A stretch of DNA of 48,270 nt, the filler included, from Catajapyx aquilonaris (taxonomy: Eukaryota), in the NCBI GenBank assembly GCA_000934665.2. It is 2 parts of 2 records of this genome, joined end to end, with 100 filler letters (N's around TTAATTAATTAA, not from the genome) between each part and the next. Parts side by side here need not be neighbours in the genome. Positions count along the whole stretch, not along the records: positions 1 to 24,091 come from JYFJ02005575.1; 1 more part is not named here. One strand, written 5' to 3'. Shown here piece after piece: positions 11,790 to 23,272 of this stretch. The first letter of the stretch is position 1. Every line of letters begins with the position of its first letter. The notes beneath the pieces are model-generated. The model saw only the letters and a program-made list of their open reading frames with translations, was not told the origin of the DNA and searched no databases. The position numbers and the translations under genes are program-made.

Positions 11790-12716
11790 AGATCAGTATA
11801 GTTGAGGCATACTCTTTCCAGTGCGACCTATGCAAGTCGAGATTTGCAGATGGAAATGTGCATGAGGCGTTGGAGGCAGATTTATCGCCGTATTGTATAG
11901 GTCTTGGTGGACAGTGCATTGATCGCGAGGTATATAAATCGCTGATAAATCGTAGGGGCTTGGAGAGTTGATGAAGATGTCCAAGGGGTACCCGAGCACA
12001 TTTTGTAAATACGCGTACGTATGAAGTTCTAGTGCAGCTTATCACAAAAGACAAATGATGGAATAAAATTCCTCGAGTATTGCTGGCACATGCTGGCACA
12101 CCTTGTTGGATGGTGTCCGGCCAGTGGGAGGGAGCAAGAGAAACTCTTGGCGAATATTGTCTCTCTTTTGGACTCATCATTCTCCAGTCTCTGTGAATCT
12201 CATGTGTCGTTGTCATCCACGCTTCATTTGGAGGCCATGCTACTGGTATAGGAGTAAGTGAATTGCACTTTCAACAAGAGCCATCTAAAATACAATCATA
12301 TGTCCTTATCATGGAAAATCATGCCTGCTGTTGCGTTTGTGTTCGACGGTGTTTTGTCTTCTCTTCGAAAGTTGTGGAAGGTTGTCTTCGAAAGAAGAAG
12401 CTATTGGTGTTGGTAGCACAATTATTTGGAGGGAAGTTCATGAGTGCCTGGAAGGAGAGGCATCGTCTATAAGGGACGATGGTTTCGTCCACTGGGCTGA
12501 AACATTATTTTGTCCCAAGCAGCCAGAGGGTCTGATCTTTGTGTGACCTTCAAGGATCAACCCTTGATGCATTATGTGTTCAAGGTGAATTTCATTGTTC
12601 CTTTCAATACGTGTCCGCGTGGGAAGTATGGTCCATTTAACTCTAAATCGAATTTCTCGATATGTTATTTGGTTATATTGGCGCAACGAGGAATTTCACG
12701 CCCGTTCATCATCATG
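11790..12716 (-). pseudogene. Intronless alpha-arrestin (ARRDC-like) pseudogene
   Basis: Reads IEKFDLELNGPYFPRGHVLKGTMKFTLN..CIKG.SLKV ... LLPGTHELP-[frameshift]-IIVLPTPIASSFE, matching the Arrestin_N pattern (Y.PG..V.G; G.HEFPF.F.LP..LPSSFE). TATA-like TATTATAA lies ~25 bp upstream of the ATG. Confidence 0.58.
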
Positions 12717-13450
12717 ATCACTATCGCCCTATGTCGTTATAATATAACCCGGTGTAACCCCCACGGATGGGCGCGCGCGTGTGGATCCATGATGCCTCCC
12801 CGAATCGTCGCGGGTCGCGGCATTAGCTAACCCTTATTGTTTCCGTCTGTCATATTTCAATTCTGTTGTCAGGAGCTCATGAGAGAAGGAGAAATGACGG
12901 CGACAATTAACATGTTGCAGCACGATATAATTAATACTTGTGGAACAATGGCAATACTAAACCGATTTTGTCTATGGTTGTTACGATGCATGATGCAAAA
13001 TAAAGTACTGTACCAGCCTTTCATAATCACAGAAGATCCATTTTCATCCCCAACATTTGAAGGTGACTTGAAGTGTTACAATGCTATTGTTGCAAACAAA
13101 ATTATTCTCGTAGAAGAAATGGAATGGTTTTCTCTGCATTGTGTCCAGTGATCCAGGTAGGGCACTGTCCAAGAATGGGTAGGGGGAGAGGTTCGCAATG
13201 GCTTACCCCTCACAATCTCTCTACTAGTGAGTAGCAACCAGTTGGAACCAACAATCAAGGCAACATTCTCCAGCAACTTCAGAGTAGGAGAATCTATAAC
13301 CAACTCCTAACCTTAGAATCACGTCGTCGCAGTCCTACCTGACCTCGTAGGGTCCATCGAGTGAGTAGAGTAGGCTGTCCTGCGGAGCAAGCCTTCGTCT
13401 GTTCCTCGGCCATCGGATCCGAGGAGGGGTAACGGCGGATGGGCAGCCAT

Positions 13451-13756
13451 ACATTGGAGACACATGACTTCGACGATCAACAATGGCGAGAAGGAATCAC
13501 CTGTTGATGTAATGTTTACACATTGGAGACACATTACTACGATTAACAATTGTCCAGGATGGCTGAATTACTGATGTTACCGGTATTGGAAATATGAACG
13601 TACCCGTCTGTCTTTCTTGAAATCTCGTCGAACACATTCTAGGGTCGAGTTTACATTGGAGACCCTCTTGACTATCACAACAATGGTCGAGGATGGCACA
13701 ACTGCTGATTTATTGGAAGTATGCACGTCCGTCCTACTTGAAATCTCGTCGAACAC
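13451..13756. repeat. Degenerate internal tandem repeats, probably of a repeat-containing viral ORF
   Basis: ACATTGGAGAC at 13451, 13520 and 13653; CTTGAAATCTCGTCGAACAC at 13616 and 13737. The minus frame gives repeated VFDEIS...VH.SN...VSNV. Confidence 0.75.
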
Positions 13757-13999
13757 TGGCCTCAGACATACTTTCTTCGATCCCATGAAAACTTTGACAT
13801 CAGTAGGAAATGTTTTTGCCGAATTACCGGCACTTTTATGCTGCTAATCGTCCCTGGGGTCCAGATATACCCCAAGTCGTAGCCAATGTACAGAATTTTT
13901 TAGCGAACACATCGCAGCAAATGGTATTTTATAAAGTGTGCATATGACAGTAATAATAATAAAATTATCAGTGGTAATCGAAAAGGTTCTATCTTGCAA

Positions 14000-15600
14000 C
14001 GTTTTCACGAGGCACGTATGCACTTATTGCTCTAAACCCTCCAAAAACTGGAATTACGAGTTTCATGAGCCTCAAATTTGCACATGTGGTAGGCCTACAT
14101 GTGTCGAAAATTGACCTATATCTCACTCACTATATCTCACATCTCACTAGAAACACTCACTGTCAGTGGTTGCCGGAGCTCACCCTGGTCATTTTTGATT
14201 ATCAAATTGTGCTGATATTCTGTGTGTTTGCGCGCTCCAGGAGGAAATTAATTTGCCATCGGTATATAAAAAGAGTCTGAGTAATGGGGCATCCTCCTAG
14301 TGACCTAGTGGATAGATACAGTAAATGGCGCTAATGAGTTTCTATGTTTTTTCTATTAAAATAGCTGCATTCAGTAGTAGCAATATCTGTCGTAATCTGT
14401 TAGCCCTGTAGAAAGTCATTTGTCACATCTTATTGAAAAAGGTGACGCACACAATTTTGGGCCTACGTGGATTTGGGTTAGATGCATCACCCATGTCAAC
14501 TCTCTCTATGGTCTAATATTATGTGATGATCGGATGAGAATTACTTTGCTTCCACTATCTTATGGTGGAGCAGTTCTTCGAGGTGTCTCTCCAGGCCTAT
14601 GTGAATGGCCCTTCAGTGTCTCCGTGGTGTCCCGTATTTAGTGCGTATTGCCTAACCAGGTACTGCTAGCTTCACTTCCAGTAAATTATTTAGTTACGAA
14701 TGCCTTCGTATGATATCGCTTATAATGATAGGAAACTCCCATGGGTCCAGACTTGAGGCACACCCTGTAGAATGGATGTACCACGTTTCGGCTTCGGGTG
14801 TAGCTTCACTTGGACCTAGTGTGTTGTATGTCACTGCTGCTCCAGCTGCATCGCATACACTGTACTACATGAGCAAGTCAGTCATTGGATGAGAGATGCA
14901 CCTGAAGATCGGGCAGCACTTGGGACTACTTTGCATGCAAGCCCAGCATTGCGTAGTACACATGATCGAGGGTGATCGTGATTTATTATTGCGACGTACA
15001 CCACCCATTCCACAGTAATCGTGGAACAGAACATTTCTTTTCATCCTGCAGGCCATCAGTGATCCCCGATGCGGCCGTCATGATACCGAGTGGGGCATTG
15101 TGTTTTCTTCGTGACGACCCCATTGACCCATTGCATAATATATTATGGCATGAATGCTATATGAATTATTAATTATTCTACAGTTCACAGTCATGTATTT
15201 GCACTTGTAAGCATCGGTTTTCTTCAAGACTACTGGTTTTCCGCCAGGCGTGATGAGGGCCAGGAGTAGGCAGCCCCTTTCGTATTTCCATAAATTCTGT
15301 ATAATGATGAGCAGGAAATGCTGCACAACTATAGAGGGCAGTGTGTCGCTTCTAGATAATTGGGCGTGGGTAATTAATGCAGATGACAAATGTCCAGTGC
15401 AAACTATAAGGTTGAACGACTCGTCATTTTGGAGGGCATACATGCAAAGAATTCATAAGCAATAAAGGTAAACAAGAATAACTCCTTGTTGTGCAATAAT
15501 GCTTCGTTTTTGCATCCTCCATCTGTCCTACTTGTGTTTCTTCCAATAATTATAATTGGACAGATGGCCTTACCTATACGTCCCTCTCCAAAGCCAACCA
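14000..15600 (-). pseudogene. Unknown viral gene, paralog B (related to 1926-3535)
   Basis: 14164-14338 is homologous to 2128-2316 with codon-level conservation. Outer limits approximate. Confidence 0.52.
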
Positions 15601-15929
15601 ATCAAGCATTCATCCTGGCAGGCATCCTCGTATAGGTGCGAGCCCCTGCCTTTGTAAATTAATTTAAGTGTCACACTGCATTGTCATTCAGGCTCTACTA
15701 GTATAAGGTGAGGTATGTGTCGTAGCATGTATCCTGTATATACAAGGTAGTAATACAGTGTAGGCCTACGGATGCACCGGGAGACAGGAGTCTTGTTATT
15801 TTCCTGCCTCAAAAGTAATGAAAAGGAGTACGTAGTGGGTGTTCAGTGGAGTGCGTATACTGGTGCACCGATTGTAATATCTGAAGGAATAGGCCCCTGA
15901 GGCGCCATTTGTGAATGTTTTCATGCATC

Positions 15930-17700
15930 TCGCAGACTATATCGGCCATGGAGTCTGTCGTCGTCGTCAGACTGTGCCTGCTTCACCCCTGCATGATACG
16001 TAAATCTGGAACTGTAGAGGTCTGGCACAAAACATACATCGTTGAACTCTGGGAATCAAGAGAGGAACAGCAACGATCTGGCGGCTGTCTCTGTCGTAGA
16101 TTGTACATGGCACCGCTGCTGTCGCACTGCTGTACGATCTGCAATTGTAATGCAACTGATACTGACAGTAAGTAGCCTACTAGGCATACACGTTGTTGCA
16201 GGGTTTCGCTCCACGTGATTGTTGCCTTCTGGATGAATCGCCTTTCCCATGCAAACATGTCGTGGCAGAGTTTCCGCGTTGAAATGCTGCATTGTTTTTT
16301 GAGACTAAATTGTGATGCATTGACCATCCAGTTTCATGGTCGTTCTTTTGAGGTGCATTGTGTCGTTCTATGGCCACGACTATTCATTATGCGCCTCCGC
16401 ATGTTGTGCAACGGCACCAAGCGACTATGGTCAATTCCAGGAGCAAGGTGTTGTTGACGTCAATCACTGTCTGTGAAACTGGACCCGCCCCTGGTATATA
16501 AAAATGCGTTTGATAGATTTCAGGCGGGTTATGTAGAGGCGCATTTTGAATTATATCGAGTTCGTCTAAGACGGAAACTTGATTTATCCGATATGCACTT
16601 GCAAAATATCCGCGGCATGCAGTAGGATGATGTCGTCACTGCTTTCATATAGAGCTGACATTTTGGTAGAATAGCTGCGAATGTGCTGCACCGAAACACT
16701 ATAGAAATTAATGTCTATATAGGAAATGACAGTAGTAGCAGTAATAATTCATTTCCTCTCATAAAATGTGATCATATCCTGATTTTGACCGACGTTATTG
16801 TAATGATCAGCTTAGGAATATGGTTCATATAGTTGTATCTTGCAGCAATGAATGGGGCTTTCTGAGAAATGGGCGCTACGGAAGCTTCATCTTCTGGTAT
16901 ATATTCTCCCAATTTTATGCAGCTGTATACTGTTTGTGAAAGGGATTTCTTGTTCATATTAATTCTCAGTGAGACATCTCTGCTAAAGACACTGCTGTAA
17001 TTTAAAAATACTTGTACGTGTAATAATAATTATACTCCTAACCACACACGCATTTAGAACGGCTGGGAATACGACTAGTGGTGAAGGTTATTATTTTCTC
17101 GTCCCGCAGATCGTCACAAAGGGGTGTCCGATGATATATCGTCCAGAAGAGTGACAACCGACTCTGTGGGCCTTTGTTGTTCGGCGACGGCACGTCTCCT
17201 CATACCTCACCTTCGCCGACGTCATCTTACATAACATATTGTACGGGAAGTATTTACGGGTGATTGTCCTGAGCAGGCGTTGGCCTGGTCACGCATTCTG
17301 TGGGGTGTGGTTCATCTTCTAATCATGTCTGCCGAGAAAGGCCTACCACGACTTGACTATCATCTTTCCTGATACATACTTATTATTAACGTCGAAGGAA
17401 CAGGGAGACTATTTTGGGCAATGTTTCCCCTCTGAACGAAGCATCGAGCTGTTATTAGGGATCAAAAACACGCCATATTTTCAGCCGAGCATAATAATAA
17501 TAGGCCTAATAGTAATGAGCTACGAGTGCCACATCATTTCGTATTAATCCCGTATGGCGGGATAGAAAATGTGAAGCTATCTAAATGGCACATTGCACAT
17601 CCTGCAAGACGTGCGCAATAATGATTATTGTATGTAGTACAGTAATACTGAAGCAAGGGGAAATAGTTTCTTGATTGGAGCAATGTGATGATGGGCACCT
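15930..17700 (-). pseudogene. Herpesvirus-type large terminase subunit (UL15-like ATPase-nuclease) pseudogene
   Basis: Motifs in the expected order: KIVSLFLRR[16-nt insertion]SGKM 17415-17360 (Walker A xPRRxGKT); YIPEDEAS...MNHIPKLIITITS (DEA at 16891-16883, compare VDEANFI...FLNQANCKIIFVSS); LISIVFRC; RIFIY..GP ~16506-16480 (YVYVDP); IVVAIERH 16383-16360 (IIFALEHF); EGNN ~16230; SDD..SMA 15971-15945 (SDDLMVAVIMA). Confidence 0.72.
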
Positions 17701-17799
17701 TGAAAAATAAGAGTGGAGATTATAGGTCAGGTCCTGACCCGTCATTATACGAGTCCAGTCGCCTCATCTTGTGCAAAAGAATGATTGGGCAGTAAAAAA

Positions 17800-20700
17800 G
17801 GTTGAAAGAGGCGAATTATTGCGTCCAAGTTGCGTCCTCTTCCATCATATCATCTTCCATCAACCCGTGGGGATCAGATTGGTGTCCGTCTGTCCAGCGT
17901 ATTTCCAGTGTATATTTTAGGAGAGGCGCACTCGGTATTATTGTCTTCCTTTCGATCTCTGTCTGATACGCGTATTTCCTTACATATAGCCAGGTGGCCT
18001 CAGTTGCTTTGGCTCCTTACCACTAAAATCAATCCGTCCTCGCTTAGCGGGTGATGTAGTTCATTCCACAAACGATTGAATCCTGCTGTGTTTGATCTTG
18101 TTTGGGGTCGGTGTCGCATCAGGTTGCTCTGTATTCTCGGGGATGCTGGATGCTGCTTATGGCAACCGTCTTCATCTTCCTTCCTTCCCCCGAACCACTG
18201 CTATACACACTTGGAATGTTGAGTGTGAAATTGGGCCATTTCAAGGCGTAAGGTATATACGTTTTCCTTATTAGTTTCCTTGGATTCCGTCGCCTCTAAT
18301 CCTTCACAATTCAAGTCTTATTCTATCCGGCTGCTGTTCACCAACAAGTTTTTCTGCTGTAATTAGCAATAATTATACTCATGATGTGGTGGTATACCGG
18401 TATATTGTTGTCCACTTGTCCTCCCCATTGGCACTGGGACAATAAGCAATGGGTCCTCGCACATCCACGTGTTTGTCCTTCATATTTGACAAGAACAAGG
18501 TTGACTCATATATTATAGTACGTTGTTGGTAAAATCTCCTCCGGGTGATTTTTGGCGCAGTATAGCCAGTGCTGCTGTTGCACCAATATAAACCATCACT
18601 CAATCAACCTCCGGGTAAAAGGAGTTTCTTCAGAAGGTGAAAGTATCGCACGTCTTCTCCTGAAGATGCCAGGCATGTTCAACGGTTTTCAGTGGAAATA
18701 TTCTGTCTGCCAGTATATAGTTCCAGTACTCGGTACACTTGCAAGCACAACAGTGTTTACAGAAGGATGTAGCTGGTCAACATAAATGAATATTCCCGTT
18801 ATATTTATATATACAGTAGTTCTGTACGACAAAAGTGGTTGGGGTTGGCCTATTCAATAATATTTATCTCGTGCAGATGAGCCAAACCATGTACAAGTTT
18901 ATGGTTCTAGTTATAGACAAATTTGCGGTTTCTACTTGTTGCATACAAATAAATGCTACTGATTTGACAGCTCTTGCACTGAACGATATAAATATGACAG
19001 TTTCCTTCGGTTCTTAAGATGAAAAAGTACAATCACACTGAAACACCTGTTTCATGCATGAACCTTGACAACAAGTGACCTTCACAATATCCGTTCAATG
19101 CGTCCTGTTCAAGTAGGTTGCACCATGGTCATAATTATTATGGTTTAAACTTCTGAAAGATGAATAATTATTCGGAAATATGCAGCATCCTGCAGTCATC
19201 CCATTTAAAGGCATCTAAAGTCTGGTTTCGGCAGATAATAATTATGCCTTCATAGTACTAGGGTATGTTCATGTAATGTGGGCATCGATGATGTCACGAC
19301 TTTCGCCTCAGCGTCTGGAGGTCATCAATCTAAGCTCCTTATGATGTTAATCAAATCGCTGCCGTATGAGAGATGCGAAAATGTCGCCTCTCCTGATCCA
19401 TCGAGTTCCCTCTTTCTGGAGTTATGTTGTCAAGACAACAATCACTTTCAGCAATAATTGCGGTGCCCTTTTGAGTAACTATATACGGTAGGGATAACTA
19501 TATGGTTGGGAGGACGGGCCTCAGGTGGAGTATACCATCTCATTGCTGAGTTGTTGGCACCACCAGACCGCATCCAGTCGCGTCGCCATTTGACACGAGT
19601 TGTTTGAATATTGATCTACTGTCGTCCCATGTTGATGAAGGATGTTCCTGTATACGCATTTTCTTATCACTTCATCATACCGGAAATGGGGTGTAGGCGC
19701 CATACTTGGTGTAAATTGAGGAGAGCTGTTACAAAAAGATGTATTGCATATGTGTTGAATACTAGGTTATCGTTCCAGTTGCATGCGACATTTCAGGAAT
19801 GACCTGTAAATAGAGTCCTAACTGAAATGAATATTATTTCTTGTTCTTGGTTAAGTCACTGCACTGTGTCGAACTGGTATAGTGATGAGCTGTGCAGAAA
19901 AGCGGCACAAGGACAATAGTGATTCAAATGGCAGAGAAGCTAAATGAACAAAGATTTCCCTCGCTGTGTCACTGCTTACGGTGTCTCCCTCTGCATATAT
20001 TATCACCATGTGCTGCAGTACCGTAATCAGCCTCGATAGATGGCTTGTCTCCGTTGTCAGTGTGCCCCTAAGTGAGTAGTTCCAAAAGGGAATAAACACT
20101 TGCCAAATGCCGCTATCTAATAGACACTGCCGCCGTGTACCGTACTGAGCAAAAGTAGGCACATGTCAATTGTCTATGTAAATATATTATGCCAATGCAA
20201 ATTATCTGTTTAAAAATTAACAGACGTTGAAGGGGGTCCATCTGGTCGGTGTATAAGTATTTCCAACGGATTCCTTGCCAACAATAGCAGCCTTTCTTGT
20301 CAATAATTGCCACTGAGTAATTAGCCTATCTGAATCAGTTATTGCAGTGACCGTTGATCTGGAATGAAACCATCAGCAGGCACTAGTACCTGCAGTGGGA
20401 GATTTGAAAATGGTACTACAATATTACGTTTTAGAGAAAGGCTTGTGTCAAGATGTATTGCTGGTGTTCTTCGATGCATAGCCTGATGTCCAAGGTGTGT
20501 AGGATCACCATCGTGAAGGAAACGCATGAAGGATATGTGCTGGAGAAAGGGGCAGGGTCACTGACGGACAATATCCAACCGCACTGGGTCAGCAGCCAAC
20601 AGCCATCATGTAAGCTCTAATAACCAAGGGTCATAATGTTTGCTGTGGGAGGTGTGGCCCAGCCTTTACCCATTACTTTCCTTACTGGAGGGACCTATGG

Positions 20701-22600
20701 GTCAGGTTTCTGTCATAATACTAGACCTTGACTACACGTGATGTAATTGGCACGTGTCGGTTCGTACGTCTGTTAGCGGTGTATAGCTACGAGGAAATTG
20801 CGTAGCACGCAGTCATGCAGAATGGTGTGTAGCATATACATGAGCCACCAGAAAAGGCTTCAGAGGATATGCGAAGAAGTCTGGTTTGTTTGTTTGTCTA
20901 GTTCACCGGAATGACAAGATGACATCCATTCACCGTAAGCCAATGGCTGATGAATAATATAATTATTAATAGTTGGATGTGACTTATCTGCTATGGTGCT
21001 TACGGGGATACGTTCGCCTTTGCAACACAGGCAATATTGATCTTAATTGTTTCAGAATGCACAGTAACAAAAGAGTGTAGCATAACATACTTGCTGGCCA
21101 TTCCAATTTTGAGTTCCGAGACTCGTATATGGATGGAGCTGTGTGATGATAAACGGCCTTCGATCTCCTTCGGTAATTTCCGATGTGATTGTCGTGCACA
21201 CTTTGGAGTAACAACGTGCTTCAGAAGTTGTTATTAATATCACCTTCTTATCCCGTGTGTTATTGTATATACTGTCTGAATATTCTAAGAGTACTTTTCA
21301 TCGACGATCAGTGTTGCAGCAGTATTGGGATTTAACTAAACAACGGCCTGCTACGAACACTGCACAGGAGCCTTACCATCTCATCAGATGCTGTTTGAGT
21401 GTTACTGTTGTTCAGTGGCAATCGGCCTCAACAACAGCTTTAGTCCTACGGAAGTGTAACGTGCTTTTGTATGAAAAAAATGCCGTAACGTAATGCGTGA
21501 TAATGTCTATAGTGTTGTTCGTGTCAGGACCCTAGACCTGACCCCCTAGCTAGCTCGCAGGGTGTGGGAATAAGAGTCCGGTAGGAGGTTAAATCAGTGT
21601 ATTGCTGGAGTGAACAGATGACAGGAGAGAGCCCCTGGCAGGAAGCCCCCCCNCCCCCCCTGCCTTATATACCTTACAGAACTCTCGCCACCAGGCGGCA
21701 CTCCACATCAGCCAAGGGGGATAAATGTCGAAACACGTGGTCCCGACCATGGTCCCGACATTCGTCCAGCTTATGAGAAACACTCTACCGGCTATCATAC
21801 TGCGCATTGCTCTTGTGAAATGCAATTATTGTGCAATGATCAACAGTGCTAACATTCAGTCAGGATCAAGCGCAAAATGTGGTGGAGCTGGTTTCATTTA
21901 AAACGTGTCACTCTGTTCATCTCATGAATGTCTCCAGAAAAGGTTCAGTTCAAACCTCTTCGATAATGCAGTCGCATTTCTGTCAACAAGCCGGCAGAAA
22001 TCAAAAGGGTTAGTCGCGAAAATCGCCCAAGGTGTCACATCTTGTTGTCTTGAAAAACAGGCATAATAATTATTATTTCTCCCATTAGGACTGCGCAAAG
22101 CATCGCATATAACTGTTAACCCTATAGAAGCGGCATGCACGCAGTATGTTGGACACAAATAAATAAACCGACGAACTCGAAATCACTACGATATCCTGTT
22201 TTACCGACAAAGAAAATAACCATAACAAATCGTCATGCAGTATATGCATTTCAAGCCTCAACTTATTGTTATTCAAAACGGAGATAACTAGGGAGAGGTA
22301 ACTTGTATCAAAATATAACTCGAATGTAAATCTGCACCTATTAGACTACTGGCATTTGCATTGAATCTTGATAAATCACTTCTGGGACGTTGGGGGGGGG
22401 GGGGGGTATGTATGTCATAAAAAGGATCAAGAGTGATACTAGCCTGCTTCATTAATTAACTTAGATAACGTCGCTATAATATTATGTTTTGTTTAGTTTC
22501 CGCGTAATGGCACATGCGACGATTCTTCACGTCCAGACAGACATTCGGCGGCATACATATTGCTGACGACACGTTGCGCATTTTATGCTTGCATCTCTAT
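17800..22600 (-). pseudogene. Several kb of decayed coding-like sequence; unassigned viral ORF(s)
   Basis: Continuous fragmented minus-strand frames with the same decay pattern, interrupted by the solo LTR; no diagnostic motif recognised. Confidence 0.35.
21522..21760 (-). mobile_element. Solo LTR (Gypsy-like)
   Basis: TG...CA ends with inverted termini TGTCAGGACC / GGTCCCGACA; 4-bp TSD TTCG at 21518-21521 and 21761-21764; minus-strand TATATAA near 21668 and AATACA near 21600. Confidence 0.85.
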
Positions 22601-22683
22601 TATTGCCCCACTTTAGTATAGTTATCGTGAGTGGGTCTCAATAAGCCTCCACTCAAATCATTAAAATGTCTTACATTCACACT

Positions 22684-23272
22684 GGCAGGAGGGCAGGAGG
22701 GCAGGAGGGCAGGAGGGCAGGAGGGCCGGAGGGACGGAGGGCAGGGGAGCCTTAATCCTTGATCCTTGCCCGCGCGCCACCAACGGTCGTTTCCGCAACT
22801 ACCCGCGAGGAAGCATAAGAATCCCCATCGGAATAAGCAATTCCAGCGATGGCAGCCGTAGTGTATTGGTAAGCGCGCTGGCCTATAGATCGGAAGGCTG
22901 CGGGTTCACGTCCCGCTCAGGGTNGACGTGAAGATAGGGCTGTATCCGCAACGAGTGAAGGTTAGGTATGGTTAGGTTGGGTTAGTACATCGTACCCCTA
23001 TCCCCTGCCCACATCACATCAAGCAGCGGTACGTAGGGCTGTATACGCTGACGATAGGCCTGTATCCGCTGAAGATAGGCCTGTATCCGCTGAAGATAGG
23101 GCTGTATCCGCAACGAGTGAAGGTTAGGTTAGGTTAGGTTGGGTTAGTACATCGTATTCCTACCCCCTGCCCACATCAAGCAGTGAAAATTAATATTCCA
23201 GCTCTGAACAGCGCCTTCCTCGCGGGGTTGGTGGCGCGCGCGGGATCAAGGGTCCCCTGCCCTCCTGCCCTC
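22684..23272. mobile_element. Composite repeat: (GGCAGGAG)n-ended inverted repeats enclosing a tRNA-like head and two copies of a GGTTA-containing module
   Basis: Left GGAGGGCAGGGGA..CCTTGATCC..GCGCGCCACCAAC..CCCGCGAGGAAG is mirrored at 23214-23272. A/B-box-like tRNA segment 22851-22923. Module AAGATAGGGCTGTATCCGCAACGAGTGAAGGTTAGG at ~22930 and ~23093. 21-bp tandem units 23035-23110. Confidence 0.7.

Larger units (their letters stand above)
1..22650 (-). mobile_element. Degenerate endogenous large dsDNA virus (herpes-like: terminase + UL5-like helicase + tyrosine recombinase); boundaries approximate, probably continues left of the window
   Basis: Co-oriented, closely packed, largely intronless pseudogenes on the minus strand carry terminase, SF1 helicase, tyrosine recombinase and arrestin motifs. 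Host TEs are inserted inside. No terminal repeat or TSD found for the whole element. Confidence 0.72.

Noticed and set aside
18560..18630. KLLL.E / VYIGA resembling poxvirus VP39 cap methyltransferase
   Set aside because: Needs a frameshift, spacing is too short and no downstream catalytic motifs were seen.
19970..20310. IYAEGDTVS and IIDKKGCY as family B DNA polymerase motifs
   Set aside because: Order is reversed relative to PolB, and no DxxSLYPS or KxxxNSxYG was found.
22851..22923. Functional tRNA gene
   Set aside because: Degenerate B box and stems, embedded in a composite repeat; treated as a SINE-like head. The same applies to 46274-46348.
23035..23110. CRISPR-like array
   Set aside because: Head-to-tail 21-bp tandem units without unique spacers; eukaryotic context and no cas genes.
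22957..23146. (GGTTA)n as telomere or telomeric integration site
   Set aside because: Only 3-5 degenerate units inside a dispersed repeat module also present near 37800.
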